A stretch of 64,000 bases of DNA from an uncultured Planctomycetales bacterium (lineage in GTDB: Bacteria; Omnitrophota; Gorgyraeia; Zapsychrales; JAHFFX01), in assembly GCA_964612665.1 (NCBI GenBank), contig CAZTCI010000006.1, forward strand, positions 13,750 through 77,749, in the 5' to 3' direction. The position numbers were made by a program, and so were the translations under genes. How positions within the stretch are numbered: the stretch's first letter is position 1; each line of letters opens with the position of its first letter. The notes under the pieces were generated by a model that made no database searches, had not been told where the DNA came from, and saw only the letters and a list, made by a program, of their open reading frames with translations. This document shows positions 60,878 to 64,000 of this stretch, piece after piece.

Positions 60878-62537
60878 ATTAAAACTTCTTCGCAGAGAAT
60901 TAGGCCGCAAATCCATCCTTGATTTTGCCAAGTTTTATTTTCCTCATTACATGACGACCAAGTCGTGTTCCTTTCATGAGGAAATTTCCCGTTTTCTGAT
61001 GGATATTTCGGAGACACATAGCGATGGGCGTCTTGCCGTTGCCGCGCCTCGTGGACATGCCAAGAGCACGGTGGTGAGTTTTTTCTATGTGATGTGGTCG
61101 ATTTGTTATGAAAAAGAGAAATTCATTTTGATTCTTTCGGCCACAGCCAAACAAGCGCAGACATTATTGGCGGATATTTCAAAAGCGTTGGAAACCAATT
61201 CGAAATTACTGGATGATTTCTCGGATGTTTTCAATGAAAAAGGCGGTGTTAAATCAAAATGGACGCAGGATGAGATCGCCACCAAAAACGGTATTAAGGT
61301 AATGGCTTTGGGTTCGGAGCAGGATTTGCGCGGTCTCAAAAAATATCAGGATAGGCCAACGCTTATCGTTCTCGATGACGTCGACAGCACAAAAAATACG
61401 TACAACACACCGGTCAGAGAGAAGCTGATGAATTGGTTTACGCGAGACCTTCTCAAAGCAGGCGCAAAAGATTTTAATATGGTCGCTGTGGGAACGCTTC
61501 TTCATCCCGAAGCCCTATTAAGCAGACTTACAAAACAAGAAGAATTTCCGGATTGGAATAAACGGATTTACAAGGCAGTCATCCGGTTTTCCGAACGCAA
61601 AGATCTGTGGCAAAAATGGAGCAACATTCTTTTTAGTAGAGATGTTTTTGATGATGAGGCTGGATTAAAGGCCGCCGACAAATTTTTTGAGGCGCATAAA
61701 CAAGAAATGCTCGAAGGAACAAAAGTTCTGTGGCCGGAAATTGAAGATTATTACAAGCTGATGAAGATTAGAGAAATCGAGGGCACATACAGCTTCGATT
61801 CCGAGAAACAAAACGATCCCACCAATGCCAAAGATTCACGTTATGATCCCGATAAATTTTATTATTGGGACGATGAATTTAGTAGTGTCGAACAACTTCT
61901 TGCTTCTTTCGGAAGCGAATACAGCATCATTGCCGCCTGCGATCCCAGCGTGGGCGTCGTTAATACCAAAGCCGATCATTCCGCCATCATCGTTCTAGCC
62001 AAGCATAAGGGCAAACTTTACGTCATTGATGCCGACATTACGCAACGGCCACAGGACGATTTGGTTCAATCCATCATTAACTACTGTAAAATTCGCAGGC
62101 CGATGGAGAAATTTATCATTGAATCAAATTTGTTTCCCGAACTGTTGGTCAAATATATTCTGGAACGGGCTGGGCAGGAAAACGTGCCTGCTCCTCTGAA
62201 GGAAACACGCAATACTAAAAACAAAGAGTTGAGAATTTTCGGAATGGAAACGTATATCACAACCGGAATAATTTTATTTTCGAAACGCCATCAAACCTTG
62301 CTGGATCAATTGAAATATTTTCCCCGCGATTCTCATGACGACGGCCCCGATGCTTTGGAGATGGCTTTAAGAGGAGCTGAATTAAACAACGTGACTTTTA
62401 TGGATTTGACGGAAAAGAAAGATAAACGTGGGCGGCCTGAAAGCCATCCGGATTTTGGGCATCCTTCCGTTATTGATGACACAATGGACGAGGATGATGA
62501 GGGAGAAGGAAAAATAAGAGGATATCGTTTGGATTAA
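60843..62537 (+). CDS. phage terminase large subunit (ATPase + RNase H-like nuclease)
   Basis: Walker A-like AAPRGHAKST, Walker B LIVLDDVD, nuclease Asp motifs IAACDPS and DDGPDALEMAL. Confidence 0.75.
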   Translation: MKERLMIQAANKLKLLRRELGRKSILDFAKFYFPHYMTTKSCSFHEEISRFLMDISETHSDGRLAVAAPRGHAKSTVVSFFYVMWSICYEKEKFILILSATAKQAQTLLADISKALETNSKLLDDFSDVFNEKGGVKSKWTQDEIATKNGIKVMALGSEQDLRGLKKYQDRPTLIVLDDVDSTKNTYNTPVREKLMNWFTRDLLKAGAKDFNMVAVGTLLHPEALLSRLTKQEEFPDWNKRIYKAVIRFSERKDLWQKWSNILFSRDVFDDEAGLKAADKFFEAHKQEMLEGTKVLWPEIEDYYKLMKIREIEGTYSFDSEKQNDPTNAKDSRYDPDKFYYWDDEFSSVEQLLASFGSEYSIIAACDPSVGVVNTKADHSAIIVLAKHKGKLYVIDADITQRPQDDLVQSIINYCKIRRPMEKFIIESNLFPELLVKYILERAGQENVPAPLKETRNTKNKELRIFGMETYITTGIILFSKRHQTLLDQLKYFPRDSHDDGPDALEMALRGAELNNVTFMDLTEKKDKRGRPESHPDFGHPSVIDDTMDEDDEGEGKIRGYRLD

Positions 62538-62700
62538 AGGGTGACATTTTCCAACAGGCCAAAGTAGGGGTGACAAAGGTGGTGACATATATAAAATATT
62601 GGTATTAAATGACTTATATATTATACGTCGCAGTTAAGTGGTGACAAAAAACGACAAATTTCGACAAAAATTTGTCTGCATAAGGCAGAGAAGAGTACGG
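62538..62700. repeat. cluster of four direct GGTGACA repeats plus a GACAAATTT/AAATTTGTC palindrome in the intergenic region between the terminase gene and the recombinase gene
   Basis: GGTGACA at about 62540, 62569, 62582, 62639; palindrome about 62655-62680. Confidence 0.4.
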
Positions 62701-62771
62701 AAACGATCTTGTATAACTGAGGCAGATTTGGTAATATAATGATCCAATTGTGGATATTCTGGGTGAGGGTT

Positions 62772-64000
62772 TCAGAGGCGTCGCCGAACCTCTGGGATAC
62801 CCCCACCCCAGATAGGACATGAGGCCCCTTTGGCGAATACGTTGAAGGGGCTTCTGTATGTTGGCGTTATAGTTACGTCATTTATGACGTAGTTCGAGGC
62901 TATGGTTTTTAAGATTTCAGACTTATCGTGAGGATTTGAGCTAAGATATTGAGGATACAACGAGTTACAGAGTTCGAGGGTTTTAATTCCGTCTTCATAA
63001 AAGTTCGGATTTATTCGTTCAGATTGTCGCATTTGGCTTTTTAAATCCACTAAATTATTTTCCAATTCTGTTTTTTTCTGCTTAAAAGCTTCATCGGCGA
63101 TTTCGTTATCAAGTCGCATATCAAAGAGTCGATTTAATCGACTACTCACCTTCGAATGTTCTTCCTGCAAAGTATTAATCTTTTTTTCGAGAAGCAGAGT
63201 AGATTCTGAAGAGAACTCTTTCAGATGTCGCTTAAACATCGTGACAATTTCATCGGGAATAGTGATTCTGCGGACAGAATCAGCAAAGAGATCAGCTAGT
63301 CCTGATTCCGTAAAATACCCCACGCATTCTTCACGGCGTCCTTTTGAGTAGGAACAATGATAATAAACATATCGTTCTTTTTTTATTTCTCCAAGAACCT
63401 TGCATCCACAGTTACCACATGATGCTAAATTAGCAAAGGCAAAACCTCTTCTTTGAATGGTCGGTTGAACTCGGTCTTTTCCGTGGAGCACAGCCTGAAC
63501 TTGGTCAAAGAGAGCTTTTGAAATGATTGGCTCATGAGTTCCTTGGTAAGACCTATCTTTGATTCGAAATACACCATAATAAAATGAATGGTGTAATACA
63601 CGATGCAAAGCACTTTTAGAATATGGATTACCTTTTTTGCTACGCAATCCTTCGCGATAAAGAAGCTCATTGAGCATTTTAATCGAGTAATTTCCCGTAG
63701 CCATAAGGCTAAAAGCCTTTTGGATGTATGGAGCTCTTTCTTTATCAATCTCAACAGAACGAGTAAGAGGGTTATTCAGATATCCGATAGGGGCAAGGGT
63801 AGGGTACTCGCCCTGCGCCGCTTTCTGCTCTAGCCCAATACGTGTTTTTTCAGAAACCTTTTTAGAGCCCATTTTCGCTAAGGCAACTTCGATATCAAAT
63901 ATAAAAAGCTCATCAGCAGAGGAAGTTTTATTGTAAATCTTATTTGAGCGGGCGAAGTGAATAGTTTTTCCATAATGATTGATAAGTAGGGATATTTCCA
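62772..64000 (-). CDS. large serine recombinase, N-terminus beyond the window end
   Basis: Recombinase domain + Cys cluster (CGNCGCKV...YYHCSYSKGRREEC) + coiled-coil. Hand translation upstream of the first Met remains open to position 64000 and reads like the end of a resolvase domain. Confidence 0.75.
   Translation of the reverse strand, partial: EISLLINHYGKTIHFARSNKIYNKTSSADELFIFDIEVALAKMGSKKVSEKTRIGLEQKAAQGEYPTLAPIGYLNNPLTRSVEIDKERAPYIQKAFSLMATGNYSIKMLNELLYREGLRSKKGNPYSKSALHRVLHHSFYYGVFRIKDRSYQGTHEPIISKALFDQVQAVLHGKDRVQPTIQRRGFAFANLASCGNCGCKVLGEIKKERYVYYHCSYSKGRREECVGYFTESGLADLFADSVRRITIPDEIVTMFKRHLKEFSSESTLLLEKKINTLQEEHSKVSSRLNRLFDMRLDNEIADEAFKQKKTELENNLVDLKSQMRQSERINPNFYEDGIKTLELCNSLYPQYLSSNPHDKSEILKTIASNYVINDVTITPTYRSPFNVFAKGASCPIWGGGIPEVRRRL

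Larger units (their letters stand above)
44646..64000. mobile_element. integrated mobile/defence island (serine-recombinase-associated; type I R-M, SIR2-like module, ParB-MTase, terminase genes); right end outside the window
   Basis: Two large serine recombinase genes, excisionase-family HTH, DUF2924-like gene, phage packaging genes; GC roughly 35-40% versus about 50% in the backbone. Confidence 0.55.

Noticed and set aside
62812-62851. Hairpin GAGGCCCCTT...AAGGGGCTTC, considered as a terminator of the second recombinase gene
   Set aside because: It lies inside the 3' end of the recombinase ORF as drawn; without knowing the true stop I cannot call it a terminator. Noted only as possibly part of an att region.

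Overview
This 64-kb window looks like a bacterial chromosomal segment from an uncultured lineage, with backbone GC roughly 48-53% by eye. It has two parts.

Backbone, about 1-44.6 kb. It carries housekeeping and envelope genes. These include a complete preQ1/queuosine precursor cluster (queD-queC-queE-queF), murI, an amidase, rph-rdgB, ptsP (EI-Ntr), znuABC, tRNA-Pro/Arg/His, a TamB-like giant and a secretin-like protein. There is also a multi-component phosphorelay locus made of an AraC-type response regulator, a multi-PAS histidine kinase and two stand-alone receiver proteins. A split HipA-like kinase toxin pair (HipS-like plus HipT-like, with no HipB) sits next to a tRNA-Arg that is followed by degenerate copies of the tRNA.

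Accessory region, about 44.6 kb to the window end. This part is AT-rich, roughly 35-40% GC. It begins with a large serine recombinase and a DUF2924-like partner on the minus strand. A plus-strand cargo block follows:
- an excisionase-family HTH protein;
- a complete type I R-M system (hsdR-hsdM-hsdS);
- a SIR2-like (SIR2_2-type, GAGxS / TTN / HGS motifs) protein whose stop overlaps the start of an unannotatable 1071-aa alpha-helical protein;
- a ParB-nuclease::DNA methyltransferase fusion;
- a putative small terminase and a large terminase with no virion structural genes following;
- a repeat-rich intergenic region with four GGTGACA repeats;
- a second large serine recombinase that runs off the window edge.

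The most interesting candidate is the SIR2-like plus 1071-aa pair embedded next to the type I R-M system. It looks like a two-gene, possibly split DSR2-like (defence-associated sirtuin), NAD-depleting anti-phage module that I cannot match to a described system from sequence alone.

No CRISPR array and no rRNA were seen.
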